Positions 11,360 to 24,599 of a DNA stretch of 56,646 nucleotides are shown here, piece after piece. The notes beneath the pieces were generated by a model, which saw only the letters and a list, made by a program, of their open reading frames with translations, did no database searches and was not told the DNA's origin. The stretch's first letter is position 1, and each line of letters begins with the position of its first letter. Made by a program: the position numbers and the translations under genes. The stretch comes from Malacoraja senta (Eukaryota), in NCBI GenBank assembly GCA_038087875.1, contig JAXLNO010000560.1, positions 1 to 56,646 of the forward strand. Direction: 5' to 3'.

Positions 11360-11969
11360 GCCTATTCCTTCCCTCCATAGATGCTGCCTTACCCGCTGAA
11401 TTTCTCCAGCATTTTTGTCGACCTTCGGTTTTTCCAGCATCTGCAGTTCTTTCTTAATCAAGTGGAATATGAAGTGAGTTTTCACATGGTCTCACTCTGA
11501 AATCCATGGAATATATCCTGATTTCTCAAAGCTTCTGATTTTCCTGCAGGGGCAGATTAATGGTGCATGTGTATTCTGGACCTACCAGCTACTGGCTGTA
11601 TAATAGAGGCATTACCCAATGATAACAATAAATGTAAAGAAATCACACAAAAGTGAAAATACTATTCATGATCCTGCTGCCTTCATCACGGTGAATCTAA
11701 ATAAACAAACTGAACACACCCTGATCATTATCATTGTCATCACCATGGAGACCGATATTTTTTTCCATTACTTCACAAAAGCAAAACTTATATAAAATAA
11801 TAACAAATGGCCAAGAACCTTCTGAGCCAAGCGATTAGGCAATACAGTCATATGACATTCCAAATATGGTATTTGCTTGCTGATTTCATAACCCCTAATT
11901 AGAGATTATGTCTTCTAGTTTCAACAACTTACATTTTGGAGATCCCTCTCTCCCTCTCAGTCTGACTTT

Positions 11970-12273
11970 ATTTAGTTTTGTTTAGTTTCGAGATACAGCG
12001 GGGAAACAGGCCCTTCGGCCCACCGAGTCTGCGCCGACTAGCACACTGGCACTATCCTGCACAAATTACAATTTGCAATTTTTGCCGAAGCCAATTAACC
12101 CCACAAACCCGCACGTCTTTGGAATGTGGGAGGAAACCAGAGCACCTGCAGAAAACCCACGTGGTCACGGGGAGAACGTACAAACTCCATACAGACTGCA
12201 CGTGTTGTCAGGGTCGAACCTGGGTCTCAGGCGCTGCGAGGCAGCAACTCTACCGCCGTGCCATTGTGCCACC
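11970..12273 (-). mobile_element. HE1 V-SINE
   Basis: Matches the consensus seen in the other copies. Confidence 0.9.
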
Positions 12274-12839
12274 CTCCTTTGGAAAGAATGAATAATATTC
12301 TAAATATTCATTGGAATTGAGGTCATTGCTGCTTCCTGGACTTGATGTTCCTTTGGTGACATTCATTGTCTTTGCCACCATATTTGATGAGTGGAGCAAT
12401 AGAAAAAAGAAAGCTCATGTCAATAGTCAGCGATTAGATCTCCTCATTATTTCTTTCCATCAAATAACAAACGCCACACATTCTTTCATTCTTTTTTTTT
12501 TTTTTCTAGAAATACAAAAAAAACTCCTCCAAGAATGTGGTGCCAGTATCATAAATGTAAAATATTGACAAACATGGCTCTCGTGCTTTTTCTTGAACTT
12601 GGAATATTTCAAAATGATTTGAAAACAATTAATTTCTGAACGACATTGTTAAAGGTTACAGGATTGTTTGTTTTCATTTAGAGTCGTACAGCACGGAAAC
12701 GGGCCCTTCGGCCCAACTTGCCCATGCCGACCAAGACGCCCCATTACATTACCAACTCGCGTTTGGCCCATATCCCTCTAAACCATTTCTATCCATGTAC
12801 CTTTTCGTTTTTATTTTAGTTTTAAAGAGGCCCTCTCTA

Positions 12840-13107
12840 AGGCCCTTCGGCCCACTGAGTCCACGCCGACCAGCGATCCCCGCACACCAACACTATCCTA
12901 CACACACTAAGGAGAATTTTCAATTATATCAAGCCAATTAACCAACAAACCTGTACATCTTTGGACTGTGGGAAGAAACTGAAGATCTCGGGGGAAACCC
13001 ATGTGGTCACAGGGAGAACGTACAAGCTCCGTACAGACAGCACCCGTAGTCAGGATCAAAGCCAGGTCTCTGGTGCTGTTAGGTAGCAACTCTACCGCTG
13101 CGCGCCG
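12840..13107 (-). mobile_element. HE1 V-SINE
   Basis: Matches the consensus seen in the other copies. Confidence 0.88.
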
Positions 13108-13444
13108 TCAAAATCAAAATGACTTTTAAATGTTGTTATAGTAGTTTTTAGTGTTGTTCTTGGAGAAATGTATAAAATTGTTCATGATAATATATTCATC
13201 TTTGATTGCTAGCTCTTTGTGAGGCTCTAAAGAAACTGTAGAAATGAATTGGACTCGAGTGGGAGAGAGTTTACAAGGGAAAAGATTTGGGTATGAGTCA
13301 AACCGAAGAATTCTTTCAATGTACCAGCATCTTTTAAATGGGCCTAAGGGCCTCTTACGCATTATCATTCATTGATTCTATGAGCAGAAAATCAAAGACT
13401 AATTGATTCTGGAATGACTCCCTAAAACAAGTTCTGTTTAAGGA

Positions 13445-13830
13445 AGATAGGCATAAAATGCTGGAGTAACTCAGCGGGTCAGGCAGCATTTCTGGAGAAA
13501 AGGAATAGGTGTTGTTTCGGGGCAAGACCCTTCTTCAGACTGAGAGTCATAGGGAGAGCGAAACGAGAGATATGAAAAGGTACATAAAACAAATGAATGA
13601 AAGATATACGAAAGAACAAATCAAAGCCAGCAACGATGATCAAAGAAAGGTGGAGCCCACAATGGTCCATTGTTGGCTGTGGGGAAGGTGATAAGGAGGA
13701 GATACAAACAGTGAAACTCAGCAGGACAACAGTGAAACTGGTACGACGACTAGGGTGGGGGAGGGAGGGAGAGAGAGAGGATGCAAGGGTTACTTGATGT
13801 TAGAGAAATCAATATTCATACCGCTGGGTT
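13445..13830 (-). mobile_element. Penelope-like 3' fragment
   Basis: Terminal repeat with degenerate hammerhead-like core and the end of the GIY-YIG region (ATATTCATACCGCTGGG). Confidence 0.7.
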
Positions 13831-14393
13831 CTGTTTAAGAAAGTATTCTATATATTTTGAAGTCCTGGGGGCATTACAGTGGTGAAAGAGGCCATTCATT
13901 CCATTGCTTCCATGTTGGCTCTTTGTGGAACAAGCCAGTCTATTGCATTCCCCACCATTGCCCTTAAATCCCTGCAGGTTACTTCCCTTGAATACCTGAT
14001 TCCAAGGCAATATCACTCCCCTTGTTCAAAGGCTCTACCCTCTCATCCCTCTATAGCTCTTGATCAAAATCTTAATTCGCTACCATACCACGTACTAAAT
14101 ATCTAATATCCTTTTTTTAATATCTTGTTCTTGCCTAATTCTCTCGACATCCCAGTAGGCTTGGCTGCGATTCCCAATCTTGTCCTGTATGGACAAGTCA
14201 GCAATCTACACCTGTAACGTCTCCTCAGCGATCTCGCATTGTCGCACAACAATGTTTTTCCAGGGTAGACAAAAATGCTGGAGAAACTCAGCGGGTGAGG
14301 CAGTATCTATGGAGGGAAGGAAATAGGCAACGTTTCGGGTCAAGACCCTTCTTCAGACTTCGTTTTTTCAGTCAATTTATGGTTCCAATCTAC

Positions 14394-14832
14394 AGGGCCG
14401 CACAGTGGTCCAGAGGTGGAGTTGCAGCCTTACGGCACCAGAGATCTGTATTCGGGCGCTGTCTGTGTGGAGTTGGCATGTTCTCCCTGTGACCACGTGG
14501 GTACTCCAGTTTCCAAAGACGTGCAGGTTTGTAGGTTATTTGGCTTCTTCAACTTATCCCTAGTATGGAAGTTAGACACAAAGTGCTGGAGTAACTCAGC
14601 GGGTCAGGCAGCATGACTGGAGAATAAAGATGGGTGACGTTTTGGGTTGGGGCCCTTCTTCAGACTGGCAGCATCTGCATCCTAAACCAGCATCTGTAGT
14701 TCCTTCCTACACACTTATCCCAAATGTCTGGGGTAGAATTAATGTGAATGGGAGATTGCTGGTCGGCGTGGACTAGGTGGGCCAAAGGGCCTGTTTCCAT
14801 GCTGTATCTCTACATTAAACTAAACTAAACTA
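14394..14832 (+). mobile_element. HE1 V-SINE interrupted by a short Penelope-derived insert (about 14565-14712)
   Basis: HE1 halves flank the insert; ACTTATCCC is duplicated on both sides. Confidence 0.8.
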
Positions 14833-15689
14833 ACCTGACTGCTTCCTTTCTTAGCCAATTTAAACTTCCACCTGATGTTTTTTTTCCTGAAGTATGGGGG
14901 CAATTCCTTGCATGTGCTTTGTTCCTGCACCCTTCACAATGGGGAATGCACAGCATTCAAAGCAACCCTGCCTATTGTACAAGGCAGGCAGTGTTGACTC
15001 TGGCACGGTTCCCAGTCACATTGGAATCTTACAGCACAGACAGAAGCCAGCAGAAAGCCAGTCAATTGATGAAGCCGAGATTAACTGGATTATGGGGCCT
15101 TTCAGGCTCAGGATAATTTGCCTTTTTTTGGCAAAATTTCTCCGAAAACATGCCTGTGCAGCATCTTGTAATGACAGGCTGTGTGAAGGTGTCTTGTAAA
15201 CGTAAGTGGTAGTTGTATGCCTATGGATAGAAAGTAAAGATTCACCATAGAGTATCCTTTTTTTTTTATTGCTAGAAACACTCAGTAGCATCTGTGGAAA
15301 GAGGTTTAGGATTATTATAGTTTCCTGTACCGAGGTACAGTGAAAAGCCTTGTTGTGCATGCTGTGCCCATCAGATCAAACAATACTAGACGCAAATACA
15401 ATCGGGACAAACTCAAGTAGTTTCAGATCAAAGGTCTTTCATCAGAGTTGAGAAAGAGGTCTGAAGACAATAGAGAAGGAGAGTCTCAGTCTGAAGAAGG
15501 GTCCCGACATGAAACATCACCTATCCATGTTCTCCAGAGATGGTACCTGACTCGCTGAGTTACTCCAGCGCCTTGTGTCTTTTTAAAATTAAAAACTGAA
15601 GTTTTAAGTTGCAAAGTACGTGGCAGGAGAGAAGGGTAGGACAGGGGAAATACCTTTGATCAGGGTAAGATCAGGATTGACTATAGACA

Positions 15690-15985
15690 TTGGAGATACG
15701 GCGCGGAAACAGGCCCTTCGGCCCATCGAGTCCGCGCCTACCAGTGATCACCCTTTACACTAACACCATCCTACACACTAGGGACAATTTACAATGTTAC
15801 CGAAGCCAATTAACCTACAAACCCGCGTGCCTTTAGAGTGTGGGAGAAAACCGGAGCACCCGGAGAAAACCTACGCGGTCATTGGGAGAACGTACAACCT
15901 CTGTACGGAAAGCACCTGTAGTCAGGATCGAACGTGGGTCTCTGGTGCTGTAAGGCAGCAACTGTGCTGCTGCGCCACTGTGCCA
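15690..15985 (-). mobile_element. HE1 V-SINE
   Basis: Matches the consensus seen in the other copies. Confidence 0.9.
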
Positions 15986-16540
15986 TGTGGATAAGTTAGA
16001 GAGGTCATCTGGTCAAATGGCTTAATGCTTTTTCATTGCCTTTGTTTCCATGACTGATTTTATTTCAGATTGTCGACATCTGCGGGTTTTTATGATTTTT
16101 GTTCGTCGGAGAGCTCTTGTTTCACCAAACTGCTCTGTCCGCCTCTGATGTTCATATACTTCTCATGACATGAGGAATCCCTGGACTCACTACCCCAGAG
16201 TATTGGGGAGGCTGGATCATTGCAAACATTTAAAGAGGAAGAAGATATTGTTTTAAATTTCAGAGACTGTCAGGAAATTTCATTCACTGAAGGGAAGGTG
16301 AGACCTGGGCAGAGCTGCCATGATCGTATTGAATGTTAGGACAGGCTAGAGGGGCCAAGTGGCCTACTCTTGCTCCCAGTTTCTTATGCCCCCAAGCAGA
16401 GGATGCTTCACAAATCTCACCCCTTCACAGTCTTTATAGCTTAAAGCCAATAAAAATGTAAAAATACCGAACAAAGAATGGCCATGTTGTTATTAATAAC
16501 TGCCCGTGAACTATTGAAAGCTTTGCACTATACGTTTTGA

Positions 16541-16883
16541 TTAGTTTATTTTAGTTTAGCTTAGTTTGGTTTAGTTTAGAGATACAGCATGGAAACAGGA
16601 CCCTCGGCCCACTGAGTCCACGCCGACCATCGATCACCCGTACACACTTGTTCTATGTTATCCCACTTTCCCATCCGCTCCCCAAACAATAGGAGTATTT
16701 CACAGAGACCTATTACCCTGCAAACACGGACATCTTTGGGATGAGGGAGGAAAGAGGGGCACCTGGAGGAAACCCACGCTGTCACAGGGAGAAAGCGCAA
16801 ACTCCGCACACATACACACTGTACTTGGGGTCAAGATCGAACATTGTGGCGCAGCGGCACTACCAGCTGTGCCACTGTGCCGC
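16541..16883 (-). mobile_element. HE1 V-SINE, diverged
   Basis: (TTTAG)n tail, 3' motif, V domain. Confidence 0.82.
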
Positions 16884-17415
16884 TCTGAGGTATCTAATCT
16901 TCGTATATAACAACTGCGACAGGTAAAGGTTCTAAGAGAGCCCTTGACATTCCACCTGATCCCTGACAACCATCAAACAAATCCTATGATATCATTCTTA
17001 TGTTGAGAGTGGAACCTCAGCCTGTTTTATTCCAAAGCCAAATAGTTTGTGGTCCCAGTAGAACAGGAGTCATAATGTTCCAAGTGTTTGACCATCCATA
17101 TTTATACATCCTTTTAACTTTCAATCGCATCGTTGGAACAAAAATTCCATTAAAAATTATAAAGCAACAAAAAAAAATCCACTTAAGCAAATCCCACAGA
17201 GTGGTGGGCTGCCAATCCTCACCGATCATGGCAGGGTGGAAGGATGTGTAATGGACTCAATATTGCTTCTCTGTCTTTACATGGCCCCAGGGAAGGAACA
17301 ATGAGGGTGAATTATCTCTTTCTCTACACACTGAAAGCCCAACTGCAAAGTTACTTTATTTGGAGGAGAAACTTAATTTGAAGCAATGTTATTATTTTTG
17401 AAGGCCCTTATACCT

Positions 17416-17770
17416 GGTTTAGTTTGGTTTAGTTTAGTTTAGTTTAGTTTAGTTTGGTTTAGTTTAGAGATACAGCATGGAAACAGGCCCTTCGGCCCAC
17501 TGAGTCCATACTGACCAGCGCTCCCCGCACATTAACACTATCCTACACACACTAGGGACAATTTACACTTATACCAAGCCAATTTACCTACATACCTGTG
17601 CGTCTTTGGAGTGTAGGAGGAAACCGAAGATCTCAGAGAAAACCCACATGGTCAATGGGAGAACGTACAAACTCCGTACAGACAGCACCCGTAGTCGGGA
17701 TCGAACCTGGGCCTCCGGCGCTGCATTCGCTGTTAGGCAACAACTCTACCGCTGCGCCACCGTGCCGCCC
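17416..17770 (-). mobile_element. HE1 V-SINE, full length, long (TTTAG)n tail
   Basis: A and B boxes; 9-nt insertion variant in the tRNA-like head. Confidence 0.92.
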
Positions 17771-17789
17771 TGAAGGAGGGTATTCACAA

Positions 17790-18925
17790 GTTAAATCAGG
17801 TGAGGCTACAGATTCTTGACCAACAGACCCCAACCATTGAGGATAGGGGACACATCATCCTCTACGATGGCCCGCAAGGCCGTGTTCTCAGCCCCCTTCT
17901 TTACGCCTTGTACACCCACGCCTGTGCAGCCATGTACAAATCTAATTCAATTTGAAATTCGAAGACAACACCACCATTGTGGGCCGGATATCAAATAATG
18001 ATGAGACGGAGTACAGGAAGGAGATCGAGAACCTGGTGTCCTGGTGTCGAGACCACAAACTTTCTCTCAGTGTCAGCAAGACAAAGGAGATGGTGATCGA
18101 CTTCAGGAAGTGAAGGGGTGCACATACCCCAGTTTGCAAGTCAAGTTAAGTCAAGTCAACTTTATTTGTCACATACACATACAAGATGTACAGTGAAATG
18201 AAAGTGGCAATGCCTGCGGGATTGTGCAAAACAGCAGAACAACAGAACAGAACAGAACCAGTATTTACATTTTTTTTTAAAGACACAACAATAAATTAAA
18301 AAATTGACGACGCTGAAGTAGAAATGGTTGAAAACTTTAAATTCTTAGGAGTCAACATCACCAATAACTTCTCCTGGACCACCCATAATGAAGCAACCAC
18401 CAGGAAAGCTCACCAATGCCTCTACTTCCTACTTCCAAGACCACAAGAAATTGCAGCAAATTGTGGATGCAGAACAGACCATCACACAACCAACCTCCCT
18501 CCCATTGACTCCATCGACACCTCACGCTGCCTCGGCAAGGCCAGCAGCATAATCAAGGACGTGTCGCAACCGGGTAACTCCCTCCTCTCCCCGCTCCCAT
18601 CAGGCATGAGGTACAGAAGTGTGAAAACGCACACCTCCAGATTCAAGGACTATTTCTGCCCAGCTGTTATCAGGCAAGTGAATCATCCTGCCAACCAGTG
18701 AGCAGTTCTGAACTACTATCTTCCTCATTGGTCCTCCTTGGACTAGTCTTGATCAGGCTTTGCTGGCTTTACCTTGCGCTAAATGTTATTTCCTTTGCAT
18801 ATATCTATATACGCAAAATGTCTCGATTGTAATCATGTATTGTCTTTCCGCTGACTGGATAGCACGCAACAAAAAGCTTTTCACTGTACCTCGGTACACG
18901 TGACAATAAACCGAACCAAAACTGA
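17790..18925 (+). mobile_element. Rex1/Babar-clade LINE 3' fragment (RT and 3' tail) with internal deletions and a nested insert at about 18137-18300
   Basis: SPLLYALYTH...KFEDNTTIVGRISNNDETEYRKEIENLVSWCRDHKLSLSVSKTKEMVIDFRK; FKFLGVNI; PLPSGMRYRS; tail CTTTTCACTGTACCTCGGTACACGTGACAATAAA. Confidence 0.88.
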
Positions 18926-18970
18926 GATTCCAGGAAATCTTCCTTAGATTTAAAAAGGTTTAAAGGTACT

Positions 18971-19266
18971 GCGGCAGGGTGGCGCAGTGGTAGAGCAGCT
19001 GTCTTATAGCGCCAGGGACCAGGGTTCCATCCCAACTATGGCTGCTGTCTGTACGGAGTTTGTACGTTCTCCCTGCGACCGCGTGGGTTTCCTCCAGTTG
19101 CTCTGGTTTCCTCCCACATCCCAAAGATAAGGAGGTTTGTAGGTTAATTGGCTTCTCAAAGTTGTTTCTAATGTCGGATAAAACTAGTGTACAGGTGATT
19201 GCTGGTCAGCGCGGACTCGGTGGGTCAAAGGTTTCCACGTTGTATGTCAAAACTAAACTAAACTAA
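18971..19266 (+). mobile_element. HE1 V-SINE
   Basis: Consensus match, (AAACT)n tail. Confidence 0.88.
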
Positions 19267-19309
19267 CGTGGTTCAATCAGTGTTTTCAAAACACTAAGCA
19301 ATTCAGAAG

Positions 19310-20000
19310 GTCAAGTAGCATCTCTAAAGGACATGAATATGCGATGTTTCAGATCTGGAGAAGGGTCCCGACCCGAAATGTCACCTATCCATGACCTCCA
19401 GAGATGCTGTCTGACCTGCTGAGTTACTCCAGCACTTTGTGTTTTTTGCTCAAGATTCCAGCACCTGCATCTCCTTGTGTCGAGTGTTTTCAAGATACTG
19501 ATTGGGAACTGATAGGAGAGGCAAAAATAGAATACTTCAAAAATGCAACACAACAGACATTGGAAATCTGCAATAAAACAGAAATTGTTCGAAAATACTC
19601 AGCATTCGTGGAGAAAAAAACCCAGAAGCAATGTGTTAAATTGATGATCTTTCATTAGAACCATGAGAGGTAAGAAGTCAGAAGGGTCATGACCTGAAAC
19701 GTTGTCTATCCACTCACTCCACAGATGGTGCCTGACCCAAAATGCTGGAGTAACTCAGCGGGACAGGTAGCATGTCTGGAGAGAAGGAATGGGTGACGTT
19801 TCCGGCTGAGACTTTTGTGAAGAAGTCTGAAGAAGGGTCTCGACCCGCAACGTTACCTATTCCTTCTCTCCAGAGATGCTGCCTGTCCTGCTGTATTACT
19901 CCAGCATTTTGTGTCTATCTTCAGTGTAAATCAGCATCTGCAGTTCCTTCCTGCACGTGATGCCTGGGCCACTAAGCTCCTCCAGCACTTTGAGTTTTGG
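19310..20000. mobile_element. Cluster of short Penelope-derived fold-back elements
   Basis: Repeated GAAGGGTC..GACCCGAAA and TGCTGGAGTAACTCAGCGGG motifs in both orientations. Confidence 0.72.
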
Positions 20001-20442
20001 TAAAAAAGTAAACTTAAGTTTTAAGGTGTGGAAAATGGGAGGAGGTCACAATGAAAGGCGAGTGAAAGGATTTGCCTTTGGTGGGAAGGTCTAGGACCAG
20101 GGTGCATGATATGCAAGTGAGGTACAAGTGAAGTCGGGAAACACTTCGAGATACATGGGACTTCTCTCTGCAACAGCAGCATTCACAGGGGCCGTGCAAA
20201 GGTGAAGTCAGGACACAGGTAATTTTGAATGTTGTTAAACACTCGAGGGGCTGGGTGGTGTCTTCCTTTTTACTGCAGGACAGAGCAGCGATTATTAATA
20301 ACTATTTCAGGTGTCAAGAGTGTTTTATTACCATATATCCCAGACACAACAATGAGATTCGTACTTGTAGCAGCACAACAGAATATGTAAACATAGCACT
20401 CTGTAAACAACATTAAAAAAAACTTGTTTTAATATAGTTCAG

Positions 20443-20541
20443 TATATATATATGTATATACATAGGTGTGTGTACATATACAGTATATATATGAGTGTAT
20501 ACATGTGTGTGTATATATATACATACACACACACATATATG

Positions 20542-20594
<53 letters not shown>

Positions 20595-20661
20595 ATATGT
20601 GTGTGCATATATGTGCATGCATAAGTACACACATATGCACATATTTATGCACATACATGCA

Positions 20662-20693
<32 letters not shown>

Positions 20694-20830
20694 CACACAT
20701 ACATACACACACATATATATATATATACATACATTCATACATACACACATGCATTCATACACACACACACATACATACATACATACATACATACATACAT
20801 ACATACATACATACATACATACATACACAC
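20443..20830. repeat. Compound (TA)n/(TG)n/(CATA)n microsatellite within a LINE 3' tail
   Basis: Directly visible; flanked by GTCAAGAGTGTTTTATT-type tail sequence. Confidence 0.95.
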
Positions 20831-21085
20831 CCATAAAAAACAATGCAAAAAGACAAAACCAAAGCCCCCAGGTCTCTGTAGTTCACAGCTTATATGTAGA
20901 TTGAAGTGTTTAATGGCCTGGTGGCTGTCGGCTTTCTGGATCCGTAGCCACAAGGCCAAGTGATGGTCTGTGCTGCGCCAGGCAAGGACTTCAACAGTGA
21001 ACGTTGTCTCCGACAGAATGGCAGGTGGCCGTGGTTTGCAGGACCCTGCGGAAACCTTGCTGCCTCTGCTGACAGAAGTGCGCGG

Positions 21086-21101
21086 AGCAGCAGGGGGCGC
21101 T
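21086..21101 (+). promoter_or_regulatory. Candidate CTCF site
   Basis: AGCAGCAGGGGGCGCT closely matches the CCASYAGRKGGCRS core. Confidence 0.5.
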
Positions 21102-22762
21102 TGGAGAAAGGTTTGATAGCAGCAGACCCAGTCCCACCGGGTTGCATGGAGATGTTCACTCCAAGCCTGTGTCAAGCACCACAGATCAAAATATGTTGAC
21201 ATCCTCGCACGCTAAGAAGGCAATTTAAATAAACAAATATATACTGGACAGGCGGCCTCTGAAAGTATTGTGTGTTAATATTTTCTGCGAATCACACGAC
21301 TATCTAAGCAAAACTTTCGTTGAAATTTAAATGTTTTAAATGTTTTTTTATTAAAATGACCTTAATCAAAACAACAAAAAACCACACAGACTATGTATAG
21401 AATTCCTTTCAGCTATCAGGCCAAAACTGGATATTTTAAAGAATGGTCTTAAAGGATTTAAAAGCAATAATGTGCATTTTAGTTGGATGTGTAAATGTTT
21501 TAAGGTGACCTTAGATTTTTTTTTACTGTTTAATCGCGTTATGCAAGTTAATTTTGGTTGCTCTTGATGATGTATTGTGTGTATTATACAAAGCAGGGTG
21601 TGGATGAAAACACAGTGATTATATTCGGGTATAATGTGTCGTAAATGGAATGTTAAATAAAGCTCTGAAATTCGCGGCGTGAAATGCTTATTTTCTTTTA
21701 AGGAATAACGTTCTTTTTTTTTTGTTTTAACATGAACTTCTTGTCTCTTCCAAACTGGTTACCTCAAAGCTGGCTTGTCAGGGTCACGATTTTGCTCGGA
21801 TTACTTGCCTTTGATTTTTCAGTAGGACACATTGACGCCCTGGTTAATGAACGTCAATATTGTCAAGCGACAGAGGACGGGAGGTTTCTCTGGGACGCCA
21901 GGCTTTTTCAATCCATACCGTCACTGGTCCTCGGCGCTGGATAAAGAGGCAGGGAGAAGGAGCGGGCTGGAAAAAACTATCATCGCAAGAAGTGCAAGGG
22001 TAAACGGCCATATTCGCCCAGCCTGCCTGTTATTTTAATATCTTCCGCCAAAGGCTTCAAAAACGCCGAAATAGGAATAAATTCATTCTAATTTGGGATA
22101 ATTGCCATTATGTTGCCCTAATGCTTTTACTGAGAGAGTTGGAGGATAATAAAATGTCGATACGATTACCACCAGGCTGAATTGGAATCAAACTAATTTG
22201 TCACGCTTCCACTGAACAATAATTATGCTTGGTTATTAGATGTATATATATAAATGTGAAGGGATACCAAGACCGTATTTACATTACAAAAGTGATTCCA
22301 GTCACTGATTCCAGCGTTGACTTTGGCAGGGAAATTATTTGAGCCATTAAGAATTCACCTTGCATTGGACGAGAGAGGCCGGGGCATGGGGTTTAACTGT
22401 GGGCAAGCAGGGAGGCGGCAATCAAAATACTTTATTCTCAGCAGCTATCGCCGTGCACAGTTAAGCAGTGACCCCACTTTGATTTCCCCTCCAGTCGAGA
22501 ACAGTGGGAAATCTAAATGAAACGCAAGCGGTGAGGATCTCAGGTGCTGTGTGTGTGTTTACACGGGTTGAAATGACAGCCACTATGTTGCATATAAGCA
22601 ACACTTGAACGAAAAAAACAATTCTGGACACGCTGCAATGACTTACACGGGGGGGTGTTATCAGAGCGACACAAAGCAGTGTACTTAACGTGACGTGACC
22701 AGTGGTATCCCCACACGACAGGCAGGTTTATTTATTTAACCAACCCCAAAAACAAAATCAAA

Positions 22763-23036
22763 GACAGACACAAAATGCTGGAGTAACTCAGCGGGACAGG
22801 CAGCATCTCTGGAGAGAAGGAATTGGTGACGTTTCGGGTCGGGACCCTTCTTCAGACTGAGAGTCAGGGGAGAGGGAGACATAGATAAGGAAGGGTGAGG
22901 TGTGAAAACGAGACATCAAAAGTGACGTTGCTCAAGGAAGATGTAGAATAGATCATTATTAGCTAGGGGAAGGTGACAACGAAGCATACAGAGATAAAAT
23001 GTGATCAGGAGGACAGCCAGACTGGTCGGAGAACTC
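22763..23036 (-). mobile_element. Short Penelope-derived element with an intact hammerhead-like core at 22828-22855
   Basis: Reverse complement reads TCAGT-CTGAAGA-AGGGTCCCGACCC-GAAACGTC-ACC. Confidence 0.8.
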
Positions 23037-24021
23037 AGTTCCTATTTCAAACTCAAGTCACAAATGGTGACCGGAGCAAACAGAGGGTTAAATTTGTCCG
23101 AGTAAGTCCGGCAAAATGTTTGGCTGCCAGTTATCCACCACTTTGAAGAATTATTTTCTCTCCCTTGAGTCTAATAAATGCAATCAATATGAGTATTGCA
23201 CACAAGACCTTGAATATTATATTAATATGTGTGCAGTGACATTTCTTTAGCCAGAATTATGAACAAGTTATATGGAAAGGGCCAAATTGGTATTTATCAC
23301 TTCTGTTTTTTTAATAAACGAATTCATAACCCTGATTTAATATTGACAGTTCAATATTACGAAACGGATTGGGCTGCATTTGGTACATTTTAACGCGGTG
23401 ATGTCGCGTCCGGGACATTAAAAAAAAACGGTGGCTTTAGCTGAACTGGGATCAGGTTAAGTTTTTTTTTAAATGAAAGCCTTCGGAGTAATTAAATAAC
23501 ATTGGGCTTTTTTTTTTTTTCCTTAACAACTGGTGTTGTTGTCATTTTTTTAATATATAATGATAGCTAGCCTTTCCCCAGGCGACGTCGTTGCTGATCT
23601 GGGCAGAATAAAACGACAGGAAACACAGAAAATAATCGATTATTCGACCCGCACTTGAACTCCCCTGAAACAGAATTTGCAATAGGTGAAACGACCTCGG
23701 ATGCTGGGAGAGCAGAGGTATTTATATTACCAGAACCCATCTGTAAATAGCAATCAGGAGCAAAGAACTAGACAATTGAACATCAAAGTTAAACTCCGGG
23801 AGTGGATCCAAGACTGGCTTGTAAAGTTAGAAGCTGATGATCTGGAAATCTATCTGCAAACGTCTCCAACAAGAAAAAAAACAAATTGCTGTGGAGGTGT
23901 AATCCATACTTTTTTTGTTTTTGTTTTTGCCTCTCAGATCTATTTAAAAAGTGTCTTTGGGGTACAGTTAGTTATTGCTTTGTGCCGGAAGAGGAGAGAG
24001 TGAGCAATCACGGGTCACCCT

Positions 24022-24022
<1 letters not shown>

Positions 24023-24077
<55 letters not shown>
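24023..24077. repeat. (CT)n microsatellite
   Basis: Directly visible. Confidence 0.97.
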
Positions 24078-24079
<2 letters not shown>

Positions 24080-24550
24080 GCCCCCTAAACGGAGGATGTA
24101 ATCTGATCTCTGGAATTAATCAGGAAATTAACAACTGACTGTACAAACAGTTTGCTCAAACGCCCCTTCAGCATTTAGGGGGGGGGGGGTTTAAAACTCC
24201 AAATTCTGGATCTGTCGCATTATTTACACTCGCAGCCAGCCAGCCCCCCTCCACTCCATGCGACTCTTTAATTAAAGGGACACAGATGTTAGGCGTCAGC
24301 ACAACCTTTTTAAACAGGAAGATTATTATTTAAAAAAAATCAAATTGCCTGCAACAAACAACCAGTTACAGTTCAATATTCCCACTGTGTCTGGCCATCG
24401 CCCCAACAGGTCAAATCGCACTGACCGATTCAATGTATTTAATGTATTTTTCACAAGGAAAATGCATCCTTCATTTTTGTTCCATTAAATTATTATGTGT
24501 ACTTTTGAAAAACTCTGTCTCAAAAAATACCAAGAAGACAATTTTGTGAT

Positions 24551-24568
24551 TAATAATAATAATAATAA

Positions 24569-24599
<31 letters not shown>

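Larger units (their letters stand above)
10395..11456. mobile_element. Penelope-like element: antisense 3' piece (10395-10985, itself interrupted) abutting a sense 3' piece (10986-11456)
   Basis: Sense piece encodes the GIY-YIG C-terminus followed by the terminal repeat with a hammerhead-like motif; antisense piece carries the same terminus (ACCCTTCTTCAGACTG). Confidence 0.82.

Noticed and set aside
20413..20904. Tyr/Ile/His-rich ORFs
   Set aside because: Translation of a compound microsatellite.
23686..24003. 105-aa ORF, and a possible small exon (AG|GTGAAAC...GCAGAG|GTATTT) in the TE-poor block
   Set aside because: GTG start, no recognisable domain and weak splice context; cannot be supported without RNA data.
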